64,000 bases of DNA from Mobula hypostoma (lineage: Eukaryota), in contig NC_086097.1 of the NCBI RefSeq assembly GCF_963921235.1, positions 250,172,001 through 250,236,000 on the forward strand. The letters run 5' to 3'. Made by a program: the position numbers and the translations under genes. Each line of letters begins with the position of its first letter. The stretch's first letter is position 1. Below, piece after piece: positions 38,353 to 50,757 of this stretch. Under the pieces are notes generated by a model. The model ran no database searches. It saw only the letters and a list, made by a program, of their open reading frames with translations, and had not been told where the DNA came from.

Positions 38353-41300
38353 GTATGCAGAAACCTTTTTTTCTCTTTGTAAGCTTTTCTCTTATGTCTG
38401 TAGAAAGTTTTTCTCTCTGAAGATAGGTTGAGTGAGCTAGGGCTTTACTCTTTGGATGGACGGGAGATGAGAGGTGACTTGGTAGTGGTGTACAGGATGA
38501 TAAGGAGCACAAATAGAGTGGACAGCCAGAGACCTTTTCCCAGGGTTGAAATGGCTCATCCGAGGAGGCATAATTTTACATGATTAGGGGAGATGTTGGA
38601 GGTATATTTTTTACACAGAGAGCGTTGTGTGTTTGTGGAACACACTACCATGGGTAGTGGGAGAGGCACATTTAAGAGACTCTTGGATAGGCACATGGAT
38701 GATAGAAGAATGGAGGGTTATGTGGGAGGGAAAGGTTAGATTGATCTTAGAGGAGGTCAAAAGGTTGGCACAACATTGTGGACAGAAGTGACTGCACTGT
38801 GGTGTGATGTTCTGTGTTCTAGAAACCAATGTGAAAATCTATAATAAAGTTTGTTAGTTTGGAAAATCTACATTTGGTTGGCATAATTGAGCAAACTTTT
38901 GATTGCTAGAGATTTGGAAATGTACTCAACTGTAATCTCTTTCCCTTTGAATTTAGAATTGGTGACCACAGGATATATCACACTATGCAGCACCCTGCAT
39001 TTTACCAATAATCAATTTGAAATTCAAGTTTTCCAGTACAAACTTAGTCCAAAATTTTGTTTTGAACTATTCTTTTTTTGTTGCTGCTCAAACTGTTTGG
39101 AAATATCAAATATCTCCTGAACCAGCACAAATGGACATTGGCTTAAAATGTAGGTTTTGTTTAAGAACTGTCTGAAACTATATGCCTTCATAAACTACCT
39201 TTCTTACTAGATAGATCAACTATTACAGCTAAGTAGCAATTAGGGATAATGGCCATCTATTTTTTCTGCACTTTATATGCTTTCGTAAATTACATTTCTT
39301 CCTAGAAAGAACAACTATTACAGCTAAATGAGGTGAGGAGAGGGCCTCAGAGTCAGAGTTGACCATGGGCATTGCCTCCTAGCTGTCTAGATATGCAAGC
39401 CTGGGCAGTACAATATGGAGAGCAAGCTCCCCCTCTCCACACATCTGATCAACCCAAAGGAACGGCAGAGACTGATACAGTTCGACACCAGCGGTGTCGC
39501 AGGAGTTGCCAGTCAACATTGAATTCAATGTAGGACTGCCTTAGGGTCTCCAGTTCTGGAAATTTCCCTCGGGGTTTACCCCAGAAGCCTTCCTCATGAG
39601 TGGGTTTAGCCACAAGGCAGCGGAGGTCTGAGATCAGAGATTTCTTTCTCCTAGATGAGCCGCCAACCACAGCTGATGAGCCCCATCTGCCCAAAGCACC
39701 TGGTTTTAAGTCGCCAGTAACCCACCTTTGCCCCTTCTCCTGTCAGTAGAAACAGTTCCACTGGGCTTAGTCGCTAAGCCAGATGTGAAGCTCAGGAGCT
39801 GGACTTGTTGTCGGAGGCTGTTTGAGGCACAAGTCACTGAGAGCATTTACTAGGTAGTGGGAGCTCGTTCCTATCACCACCACTGACTATAACAACCTTA
39901 AGGAACCAGCTAAATAATAATTAGGAATAGTGGCCACTGAATTTTATAATATGGTAGCTATATTTTTGTAAGTGCAGAGAAAATGGCTGGCACTGTAACT
40001 ACAGCAGTTTGTCCGTGAGTGATTGTGTGATCATAGTTCAGTTCCCACTGCTGTCTGTCGTTCTCCCCATCACCACATGGGTTTCCTCCGGGTGCTCCAG
40101 TTTCCTCCCAAATTCCAAAAAAGACATGGGGGTTAGGATGGACGGGCTGTGTTGGTGCTGGAAGCATGGTCGCACTTGTGGGCTGCCCCCAGCACATCGG
40201 ACACGATGCGCTTCGCTGTATGTTTTGATGTGCATGTGACAAATCTCGCTCTCTAATGATGTTGAGGTGTTTTTCTTGATCTGCAAACATCCAGTTTAAG
40301 TTTTTGGATAATACCTTTAACATTTTTTTGCTATATCTAGCAGGACACCACTTTTTGCCATTGGGGATGTAGAGTGTGCCAACATATTTGTTATGGATTT
40401 AACATAGTGGTTTTGATTTACAAATTATGGCTTTTTCGAAACATTTTCCAGGAACCTAAACCTTGCGTAAATTGAGGAATCTTTTTCTTTCTTACTGCCC
40501 GTTACACCACTGGCATTTAACGCTGCAAAGAAAATCCTCCAACTCTGGGAATGTTCAGGGCTTCCTTCATTGTGTCAGTAACTTCCTCTTGGTTTTCACT
40601 ACTGGCAGTCATGCAATGCCTGGGTGGACACTCAGGAATACTGTCGCACTCAGATGTGGAAGGGTTCTTCATTGCTGTTTCTGTAACAGTTTTGTTTGAC
40701 CAATCAGGTTTGTTAGCCCTGAACTGAACCCCTTAACCTGGAGGATCAGTGGCCCACTCTTAGTCTGGCCTCTGCCCTTTGACCTGTTTGCCATGGGTGA
40801 CCCGACCAAGAGCCAAAGCATAAAACCCTGACTCCAGCCAACATTGCAAGCCTCCAGGCCCTATGACAAGGTTGTGGTCCTCTTGGAGGAGATCGAGGAA
40901 TGGTTGTACTTTAATCCTTGAAGTCCCCGAGTGTAATTAGAGAGATTAGCTTGAAATGTGAAATATGGCATTTTGTGTCAATGACTAACACAGTCTGAGG
41001 AGTGTGCTGGGGGCAGCCCCCAGGTCTCGCCATGTTTCTGGCACCAACATAGAATGCTTACAGCTCAGTGGCCCTAACTTGTACATTTTTGGAATGTGGG
41101 AGGACATTGGATCCCCTGGAAGAATCTTGGATCATGGGGAGAATTTACAAACTCCTTCCGGGCAGCATCAGAATGGAAACCCAACTGGTGTTTGCTGATG
41201 TTGTAAGATGAGATGCTATGGTACCATGCTGCCATTAGTAGCATAAAATAACTTATTTTAATAGTAATTAGAATGGCTATTGTCTTGACCTTCCTCTTAA

Positions 41301-41492
<192 letters not shown>

Positions 41493-41784
41493 TGATCAGA
41501 TTAAGTTGAATCAAATTCAGACTTGGGAATTCTGAATGAATTTGTGCTCCTGTAGTCCAAAGCAGCTTGGTTTGGAGAAGTTCTGTGATTTGTACTGTCC
41601 TTTCAGAAGCTCACTTATAAACTCAGAAAGCCATAAAGTCATGCAACACAGAAGCAGATCTTTCTGCACCACGCATAAAATGCTGGAGGAGCCTAACAGG
41701 CCAGGCCACGTCAATGAAGATGATGCTTCAGGCCAAGACCCAAAGCGTCAACTTTCAGCCCAACTCACCCATGCTGACCAAGCT

Positions 41785-42465
41785 AATTCTCATAAACTCC
41801 TCTTGGGCTTCCAGCCAGGTCCAAGTGTCGATTATAATTGACATTGAGATGATAAATTCCTTCATCCTTCATCAGGGATGATGCCCAGGTATGTCCGGTC
41901 CAGTGATATACATACTCAATTCCATCGTCCTTCCCTCCTGAATTGTTAGTCCTCAACCTGTCAGGTTTCTGCTGTCTCACCTTGTTTAAAATTGTTTTCC
42001 AGTTCTGACTTAGAGTGAGACCTTCGTCTTTGTTGAAATTCTTACTCTCTCCTCTTATTTCAATGGCTTCCTTCACCAGGCGGTCCCAAAAGTTATTGGC
42101 GCGGCGCAGTAGTTTTGTGCCGTCAAAGTCAATCCTGTGCTCATTGCGTCTGGTACCACTGATCTCTCCGGGTAACCCAAATGGATGACCTCCTATCTGC
42201 CAATGGCTTTTGGGACTGCCAGGTGAAGGAAGCCATTGAAATAAGACAGTGGAAACCTGATTGGTTGGGGACTAACCAGTCAGGAGGGAAGGATGATTGG
42301 AGTTGAGTATATATACCACTGGACTAGACGTGCCTGGGCATCATCCCTGATGAAGATGGTGGAGCTTGTCACCGAAGCGTCGGTTAAAATTGACACCTGG
42401 ACCCAGCTGGAAGCCCAAGAGGAGTTTACGTGTCACATTTTCCGGGAAAGCACAAGATCCTTTTT
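41785..42465. mobile_element. Second Penelope-like family: GIY-YIG C-terminus (minus, 41785-42190) plus inverted partial copy (plus, 42200-42465)
   Basis: Minus strand HRIDFDGTKLLRRANNFWDRLVKEAIEIRGESKNFNKDEGLTLSQNW. Inverted 3' repeat carries CTGATGA...GAAGCGTC. Confidence 0.8.
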
Positions 42466-42864
42466 CAAGCTAGTCCTATGTACCCACGTTTAACCAACTG
42501 CTCTCTAAACTTTTCCTATCCATTTACCATCCAAAGGTCCTTTAAATCTTTTAACCTCTAGCTTTATATACTTATATACATACTGATATAATTCTTTGTA
42601 ATTGTTGAATAGTTGTTTTTTGTTGCATGTTGTGCTCTGACCAGCACACCACAGGAACTTGCTAATACATGTAAATGTAGATAGCGAATAAAGGTGATGC
42701 TTGGTGCTTCATCTGTTGTTATCACACTTGCCTCAACCATTTCCTCCCCCCTGGCAGCTCATTAAACACCATCTTCTGTGAAGAGGTTGCCCCTCGGATC
42801 CTTGTTAATTCTTTCTCATCAAACCTTTAACCTATGCCCTCTACTTTCTGATTCCCTTTTATAG

Positions 42865-43445
42865 AAACATAGAAACCCTACAGCACAATACAGGCCCTTC
42901 GGCCCACAATGCTGTGCCGAACATGTACTTACTTTAGAAGTTACCTAGGGTTACCCACAGCCCTCTATTTTTCTAAGCTCCATGTACCTATCCAGGAGTC
43001 TCTTAAAAGACCCTATCGTATCCGCCTCCACCATCATCGCTGGCAGCCCATTCCAAGCACTCACCACCCTCTGAGTAAAAAAACTTACCTGACATCTCCT
43101 CTGTACCTACTCCCCAGCACCTTAAAACTGTGTCCTCTTGTGGCAACCATTTCAGCCCTGGGGAAAAGCCTCTGACTGTCTACACGACGAATGCCTCTCA
43201 TCATCTTATACACCTCTATCAGGTCACTTCTCATCCTCCGTCGTTCCAAGGAGAAAAGGCCAAGTTCACTCAACCTATTCTCATAAGGCAAGTCCCCAAT
43301 CCAGGCAACATCCTTGTAAAACTCCTCTGCACCCTTTCTATGCTTTCCACATGCTTCCTGTAGTGAGGCGACCAGAACTGAGCACAGAACTCCAAGTGGG
43401 GTCTGACCAGAGTCCTGTATAGCTGCAACATTACCTCTCAGCTCT
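42865..43445 (-). mobile_element. CR1 3' end
   Basis: YENRLSELGLFSLERRRMRSDLIEVYK. Confidence 0.85.
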
Positions 43446-43759
43446 TAGTCACCTTTTACCTCTCAGTCACCCTTTCCCAGGTGACTGTGTGGATTCATCC
43501 TATCGAAGCCCCTTGCGATTTTATACATCACTATAAGGTAAAGATTTGATCTCTGTGATGCCTGGAGGTAACTGGCAGTGGATACCAGTAGCATATTCAA
43601 ATGAAATGATTGCTGCTTACACAGACAGAGCTGCTACATACGGTTCTTAACTGCAAAGACACAAATGGCTCATTATTAAATAGTATTGAAACATTAATTA
43701 TTAAGAAGTATGCATTTATTTTAATGCACATGTTCTAAGCACTTAAATTACATAAATAC

Positions 43760-44205
43760 CTCAATACCATAGCCTTAATACCTCCTTGTCCAATTGGATC
43801 CTCAATTTCCTCACTTGCAGACAAGTTTGGATTGGCAATGAAATCTCCTCCACAATCTCCATCAGCAGAGGTACACCATAAGGCTGTGCGTTTGCCCCCT
43901 GCTCTACTCACTTTGTACTTGTGACTGTAAGGCAAAGCACAGCTCCAATGCCAGATTAAATTTGCTGACGACACCACTGCCGCTGGCCGGATCAAAGGTG
44001 GTAACAAACCAGCATATAGTAGGGAGATTGAGAATCTGGCTGAGTGGTGCCATAACAACAACCTCTTACTGAATGTCTACATGACCAAGGAGTTGAGTAT
44101 TGACTTCAGGAGAAGGAAACCAGAGATCCTCATAGGGAATCAGAGGTGGAGGGGATCAGCAACTTTAAGCTCCTTGCTGTTATCATTTCAGAGGATCTGT
44201 CCTGA
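43760..44205 (+). mobile_element. Rex1/Babar RT fragment
   Basis: AAATTTGCTGACGACACC (KFADDT) and ACCAAGGAG..TTGACTTCAGG (TKE..DFR). Confidence 0.72.
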
Positions 44206-45239
44206 GATAGTTATTTGTGGTTAGATTTTGATTAGAGGTGTAGAATGTTAGCACATTGCAACACAGAAAGTCCCTTCAGCCCATCTAGTCCATGCTGAAC
44301 TCTCAAGCTGCCCACTCCTATCAACCTGAACCCAGACTATAGCCCTCCACACTCCTCCCAACCATGTTCCCATCCAAACTTCTCTTCAATGTTTCATGGA
44401 GACCACGTGCACCACTTTTAGCAGAGGTGTTTGATTTCCTCGCCTCTTTAAGACTGTCCAGTTGACAGTGAAGAGTCTTCTGTATTTAAGAAAGTGTTGT
44501 GTAAGGAAGAGGTAAATTTGAAAATCCCAGTAAACTTTGCAAAATTTCCCCCAAAAAACTGGAACTAATAAATTCTGAGTTGATTCGGACTGACTCCAGC
44601 ACCATGAATGGTGCATTTTTAAAATTGGGATCCACTCCAAATTAAAAAAAAATTGGTCCCGTTTAGTGTGTAACTCTCTCTAAATCCCAATCAGCTGTGA
44701 ATAATGACATATCTATGTATGGCAGCTGCTTTTAAATGTGAAATATATCATGGCCTTTCCCTCCACCCACTTCCAGGCTGAAAAATAATCAACCGTTAAA
44801 GAGTTGACCTGTTAGACTGAGGCCGTTGACTTGAGGGATTCTACAGGAACAAAGTGATGATCTTTACTCAGCACATCTACTTGACCACATTCTATTCTCC
44901 ATGCTTCTTTTAGCAGAGACCGATGGTGTGCAAGACATCAGTGGAGTTGCTTTACTTTTTTATTAATGACCTGTACCTGGATCAGAGTCCTCCATTTCCC
45001 TCCTATCCATTGACCCATACAGCCGTCTCTTAAATGTTGAAATCAAGCTCACACCCACCACTCCCACTGGCAGCTCGTTCCACACTCTCACCACCTTCTG
45101 AGTGAGGAAGCTCCCTCTCGTGTTCCCCTTAAATATTTCACCTTTCACCCTTAACCCATGACCACGACTTGTAGTCCCACCCATCCTCAGTGGAAAAAGC
45201 CTGCTTGCATTTACCCTGACCTTACCCTTCATAATTGTA

Positions 45240-45612
45240 TATCATCATCATCATTATTATGTGCTGTGTCGTATGATGTAGCTGATCATGGTGACCATGA
45301 TTGTTCTTAGCAATTTTTTCTACAGAAGTGGCTGCCATTACTGCCTCTGGGCAGTGTCTTTACAAGGCGGGTGAGCCCAGCCATTATCACCCAGAGATTG
45401 ACTGCATGGCATCTGTGGTTGCATAATCAGGACTTGCGATATGCACCGTCCACCACCTGCTCCCATGGCTTCACGTGATCCTGATCGGGGGTGCGGGGGG
45501 GGTGCTAAGCAGGTGCTACACCTCACCCAAGGGTGATCTACAGACTAGTGAAGGGAAGGAGTACCTCACACTTCCTTTGGTGGAGAGGTACAGTATCTCC
45601 ACCCTGCCACCT
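45240..45612 (-). mobile_element. SINE-like repeat with RTE/BovB-type 3' tail ending (ATG)n; copies at 48105-48546, 50758-51080, 56455-56612
   Basis: Four mutually similar copies. Minus-strand tail AAGGCAATGGCAAACCACTT..GAAAAATTTG(C/G)CAAGA, read across the copies. Confidence 0.6.
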
Positions 45613-46614
45613 ATACAGTCAGAGGCATTGCTTCTGAAATTAAAAAAAAGAAAACAAATAACAGGTTCTACTTTTGAAAATTAGAAACTACTCGTCCCGA
45701 ATCTCCACCTCGTCAGGACGAAGGGTCTCAGCCCGAAACGTCGACTGTACCTCTTCCTGTAGATGCTGCCTGGCCTGCTGCGTTCACCAGCATTTTTTGT
45801 GTGTGTTGCTTGAATTTTCAGCATCTGCAGGTTTCCTCGTGTTTGCGTACCCAGAGAGTCTTGTTGGTTCCCATGGAAAGTGATGAATGTTTTCAAGTAG
45901 GAAAGGGTTAAGCTCCATGTAAATGTGATTTTGCTGGATTTGCATGAAGAAGTACAACATTCACAAGTAAAGTCAAACAAATCTGTGGTTTGAATCAAGC
46001 CTTGTTCTCTTTGAAAACCCAAAAATAACATTAGTAGCAATTGGAGAAAGCAGAACTCTCTGTCTCTGCAGTAACTGCATAAAAATGTGTACTTTTTATT
46101 GCTACATGTTATATTCATATGGTAAGATGTGGCTATGTTAGGGTAACAAAGACCATCAAAATAGAAATGGCTTTTCAGACACAGTGGGTTAGAGACTGAT
46201 GATGTGATCAATGTTCCCTTTCAATGGTTTGGCACAGACTAGATGGGCCAAAGGGTGTATTTCTATGCTGCAGTTTTCTATGACACATTTTTTTACAGCA
46301 GTGAGATCCAACCACTGCTCTGAGTAGGATATATTTGTACAGCCTGAAAATTGCGACACTTTAATAAAATATTATTTTAAAGAAAATTCTATCTGCATGG
46401 CAACAAAGGCTGTGTGCGTGGGAGTATTTCAGTTACGGTGTGGCTGTGCAGGTTAGAGGGAACAGTGAATGTGATTGTATAAATGTCTGAGAGCTGCTCA
46501 GCAGAGAGTTTGAAATGTCTCCTAATTTTGATTTCCGTTGACTTAAACAAAAAGTGAAGTATTAGGAGGTATGTGAGAGGACTGTGTGTGTGGGTGGAAT
46601 GGGAGGGATGGGGC

Positions 46615-47095
46615 TTGATTTGCTGCTCAGCACAAGAGGTTCTACAGATGCTGGAAACCTACAGCAACTCGCACAGAATGCCGGAGGAACTCGGCAGGTC
46701 AGGCAGCGTCTATGGAAGTGAACAAACAGTCAACAATTCAGGCTCGGGCCCTGACCCTGACCCCTGACCCCTGACCCTTTTTCAGGACTGGAAAGGAAGG
46801 GGAAAGACACCAGAATAAAAATATGGGGGGAGGGAAGGGAGGTTAGCTAAAAGGTGATAGGTGAAGCCAGGTGGGTGGGAAAGGTGACAGGCTGGAGAGG
46901 AAGGACGTGATAGGAGAGGACAGTGGACCATAGGAGAAAGGGAAGGAGGAGAGGCACGGGGGGAGGTGAGAAGGGGTAGGAGGCCAAAGAGGGGAATAGG
47001 AGAGGGGTGGAGAAGGGAATTTTTTTTACTGAATTGATACTCATGCCATCAGGTTGGAGGCTACCTGGACAGAATATAAGGTGTTGCTGCTGTTG
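46615..47095 (-). mobile_element. Penelope-like 3' fragment
   Basis: QHLIFCPGSLQPDGMSINS and the shared 3' repeat. Confidence 0.72.
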
Positions 47096-47705
47096 CTTTG
47101 TCACTTGGTGTGTTCTGTGTTCTCTGCTGAGCAATGCGGGCAGGCTTTGTCAGCGCCAGAATGTGTGGCAACACTTGGCATTGCCACCAGCATATCCTCG
47201 AGTGTGTTGGTTGTTAATGCAAATGACGCATTTCACTATGATTCGATATACATGTGCTAAATAAATCTAAATCTGATTTTGTGAAATAGACTATTGCAGA
47301 GATACCCTGATACTTAATTCTTTGAAGTCAATGGTAAAATTATTAGCATATAGCTTGTTGCTTAAAAATTCTGTTTGTTAACTATTTTACCTACTTAGTT
47401 TGCCATTTCTGTAGTTGAAAGGGTTTAGGCTTTGCATGGATATAACACATTTAATAACTTCCAGATGCAGATTTAACGTGTTGCTCTGATCATAAGCTCT
47501 GCAAGAACTTGATGAAAGAAATCCGGATAGAGAGTATTTCCAAATGTAACAAAGTTTACTTTGCAAGTTTATGACTGAAGAATATAACATCAAACCTCAG
47601 TTGTATATTCTGTGGTAGTTTTTAGAACTTCACATGAGTGCTTCTTTCCCACAGATGTCAAATATTATAACCCTGTTTTTTTTTCTACATAATGTTTGTT
47701 TTTAA

Positions 47706-47831
<126 letters not shown>

Positions 47832-49767
47832 TGAGAATGTTAGTTTCTTTATTGCCTGACAAATTAATTTATAAACATTTAAACGGAGTGATTTTTGATT
47901 TCTGCATTTTTTTAATAATACAAACCTTCATTCCAAATTGCTGCTGATGAAATACCTGTTATGTGATGGCTACATATTTGACATGATGACACTTGGTAAA
48001 AAAACAGCCAAGAATGTATCATAATGTATTCCTTCATTTGTGGTGACTTAGGCAGTATTTGAAAAGGAGACAGGAACATACAGTCAGAAGTTTGTTCGTT
48101 TGTTATGTTCTGTGTTGTATGACCTTCCATAACCATGACCGTTCTTGGCAAATTTTTCTGCAGAAGTGATTTGCCATTTCCGCCTTCTGGTCAGTGTCTC
48201 TACAACGCGGGTGACCCCAGCCATTGTCAATGCTCTACAGTGATTGTCTGCCTGGCGTCGGTGGTCGCATAACCAGGACTTGTGATAGGCACCAGATGCT
48301 CCCATGACGACCTGCTCCTATGGCTTCACGTGACCCTGATCGGGTGGGGGACCGAAGCAGGTGCTACTCCTTGCCCAAGGATGACCTGTAGCCCAGCAGA
48401 GGGAAGGAATCTTGTCGAGACACTGCCCAGAAGAAGGCAACAACAAAGCACTTCTGTTTATATAAAAAAAAAATTGCCAAAAACAATCAAAGTCAAGGAA
48501 AGACCATGACTGCCTATGGTATACGACACAGCACACGATGATGATGTATAAAGTTTTGAAAGTCATCCAACAGCAAAAGGAAAAATAAATCATTTCTAAG
48601 GTGAGGAGCTTTAATTTTTTTTTTTGGCTCTTCATTGAGTACTGCTCTGATTTAACCTGATTTTAAACTAATCAGTGTTAAAGTGCTACAATACTGTAGA
48701 CACTGTGTGCTCAGGGAAATAAAATCGCTGAGACTCATTAAAGGCAGTTTTGTTGATGTTAATGTCTCAACACTTTGCTACATCCCCTCACTAATTTTTT
48801 ACTCTTTGGGCACATTCTGCATCTAGGTTTTGAAATCATTGAATAATCAAAACATTCAAAGCTGAAATACAGGGGGAAAATTTAATTTGATAAGACAATG
48901 GGCCATTCTGCTCCTGCACCCCATCATGGCTGATCCATTCTTCCTCTCAGCCCCATTCTTCTGCCTTCTCCCAATAAACACAGGAGATTCTGCAGGTGCT
49001 GCACACCTGGAGCAGCACACACAATGCTGGAGGAACTCAGCAAGTCGGGCAGCATCTGCGGAGATGAGTGAACACATCAGTGCAAAAGTCTTAGCTGCAT
49101 ATATAGCTAGGGCGCCGAAGACTTTTTCTCAACGTGGAGCGGAGAGCGAGTTTGTAAATTTGGCAGGAGGAAAGGATGTTGGGAATGGGGAGTGTGAAGT
49201 GCAGTGCCAAGGGACGGTGTGGGACGGGTGGCAGAGAAGGAGTGTGCAGACACACCCAGCCCTGAGACACCAGGCAAGGTCATTTGATTCTAAACAATTG
49301 GTTTATTGATCATTACAGAATGTCTCTAGTGCATCCTGCTCCCTCCCCCTCCCTTCCCCTTTCCCAAACATGATTCCCCTCTTTCTGCCCCCTTCCCACT
49401 CTGTCCACAATAGAGACCCGTATCAGAATCAGGTTTATCATCACTCACATGTGCCATGAAATTTGCTTTTATTTTGCAGCAGCAGTACAGTGCAATACAT
49501 AAAATTACTACAGTACTCTGCAAAAGTCTTAGGCTCCCTCGTTATATATGAATATGTGCCTAAGGCTTTTGCAACTAAACACAAATACTTGTTTTCTTAC
49601 CTTTGTCAATGCATAACTGAATGAGGAAGAGAGCCTTCCAGTTTTAAATTGCTAGAAATGGATTCTAAATATACAGTTTCTCTTGTTAAGTGATAGTGTA
49701 AAAACTCTGTACATTCTGACTATCAAAGAGCATATTTAATGAATGTACTTTTGTTTTTCATACAAAG

Positions 49768-49887
49768 GGACTTTATCCTGAATCGCACGGAATTGTTGGA
49801 AATTTAATGTATGACCCTGTGTTTGATGCCAACTTCAGTCTTCGGAGTAGAGAAAAATTCAATCCTCGATGGTGGGGCGGACAGCCA
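49768..49887 (+). CDS. ENPP2: ENPP2 exon 8
   Basis: tacaaag|...CAGCCA|gtaagt, 120 nt. Encodes [40 protein letters not shown]. Confidence 0.98.
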
Positions 49888-50067
49888 GTAAGTTCTATTG
49901 CTTTTCAGCTGGAAACCTGGACAGACGAAAGTAGTACAGTACGTCCCTATCATCCACCAGTGAAAATACTCAGTTAATGTTTCAGAAACTAATTAAGGAA
50001 AGGAAATGAAAGATTTTAAATGAGTTAACCAATAAATAAAACATGAAGTGAGTGCTTTATTTTTACT

Positions 50068-50757
50068 CAAACACGAGGAAATCTGCAGATGCTGGAATTT
50101 CAAGCAACACACATAAAAGTTGCTGGTGAACGCAGCAGGCCAGGCAGCATCTCTGGGAAGAGGTACAGTCGACGTTTCGGGCTGAGACCCTTCGTCAGGA
50201 CTAACTGAAAGAAGAGCTAGTAAGAGATTTGAAAGTGGGAGGGGGAGGGGGAGATCCGAAATGATGGGAGAAGACAGGAGGGGGAGGGATGGAGCCAAGA
50301 GCTGGACAGGTGATTGGCAAAAGGGATGTGAGAGGATCATGGGACAGGAGGCCCAGGGAGAAGGAAAGGGGGGGGGACCAAGAGGATGGGCAAGGGGTAT
50401 AGTCAGAGGGACAGAGGGAGAAAAAGAATGTGTGTACATAAATAAATACCGGATGGGGTACGAGGGGTAGGTGGGGCATTAGCGGAAGTTTGAGAAGTCA
50501 ATGTTCATGCCATCAGGTTGGAGGTTACCCAGACGGAATATAAGGTGTTGTTCCTCCAACCTGAATGTGGCTTCATCTTTACTGTAGAGGAGGCCGTGAA
50601 TAGACATATCAGAATGGTAATGGGACGTGGAATTAAAATGTGTGGCCACTAGGAGATCCTGCTTTCTCTGGCCGACAGAGCATAGGTGTTCAGTGTTTCC
50701 CTCCCCCTCCTGTCTTCTCCTATCATTTCGGATCTCCCCCTCCCCCTCCCACTTTCA
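50068..50757 (-). mobile_element. Young Penelope-like (Neptune-type) element: GIY-YIG C-terminus, 3' repeat, short inverted repeat copy at 50699-50757
   Basis: Minus 50694-50479 reads TEHLCSVGQRKQDLLVATHFNSTSHYHSDMSIHGLLYSKDEATFRLEEQHLIFRLGNLQPDGMNIDFSNFR*. Confidence 0.85.
50167..50202 (-). ncRNA. Minimal type-I hammerhead ribozyme motif, core intact
   Basis: AGTC-CTGACGA-A-GGGT-CTCA-GCCC-GAAACGTC/GACT: stem I AGTC:GACT, stem II, GAAA, palindromic ACGT helix III, GUC cleavage triplet. Confidence 0.8.
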
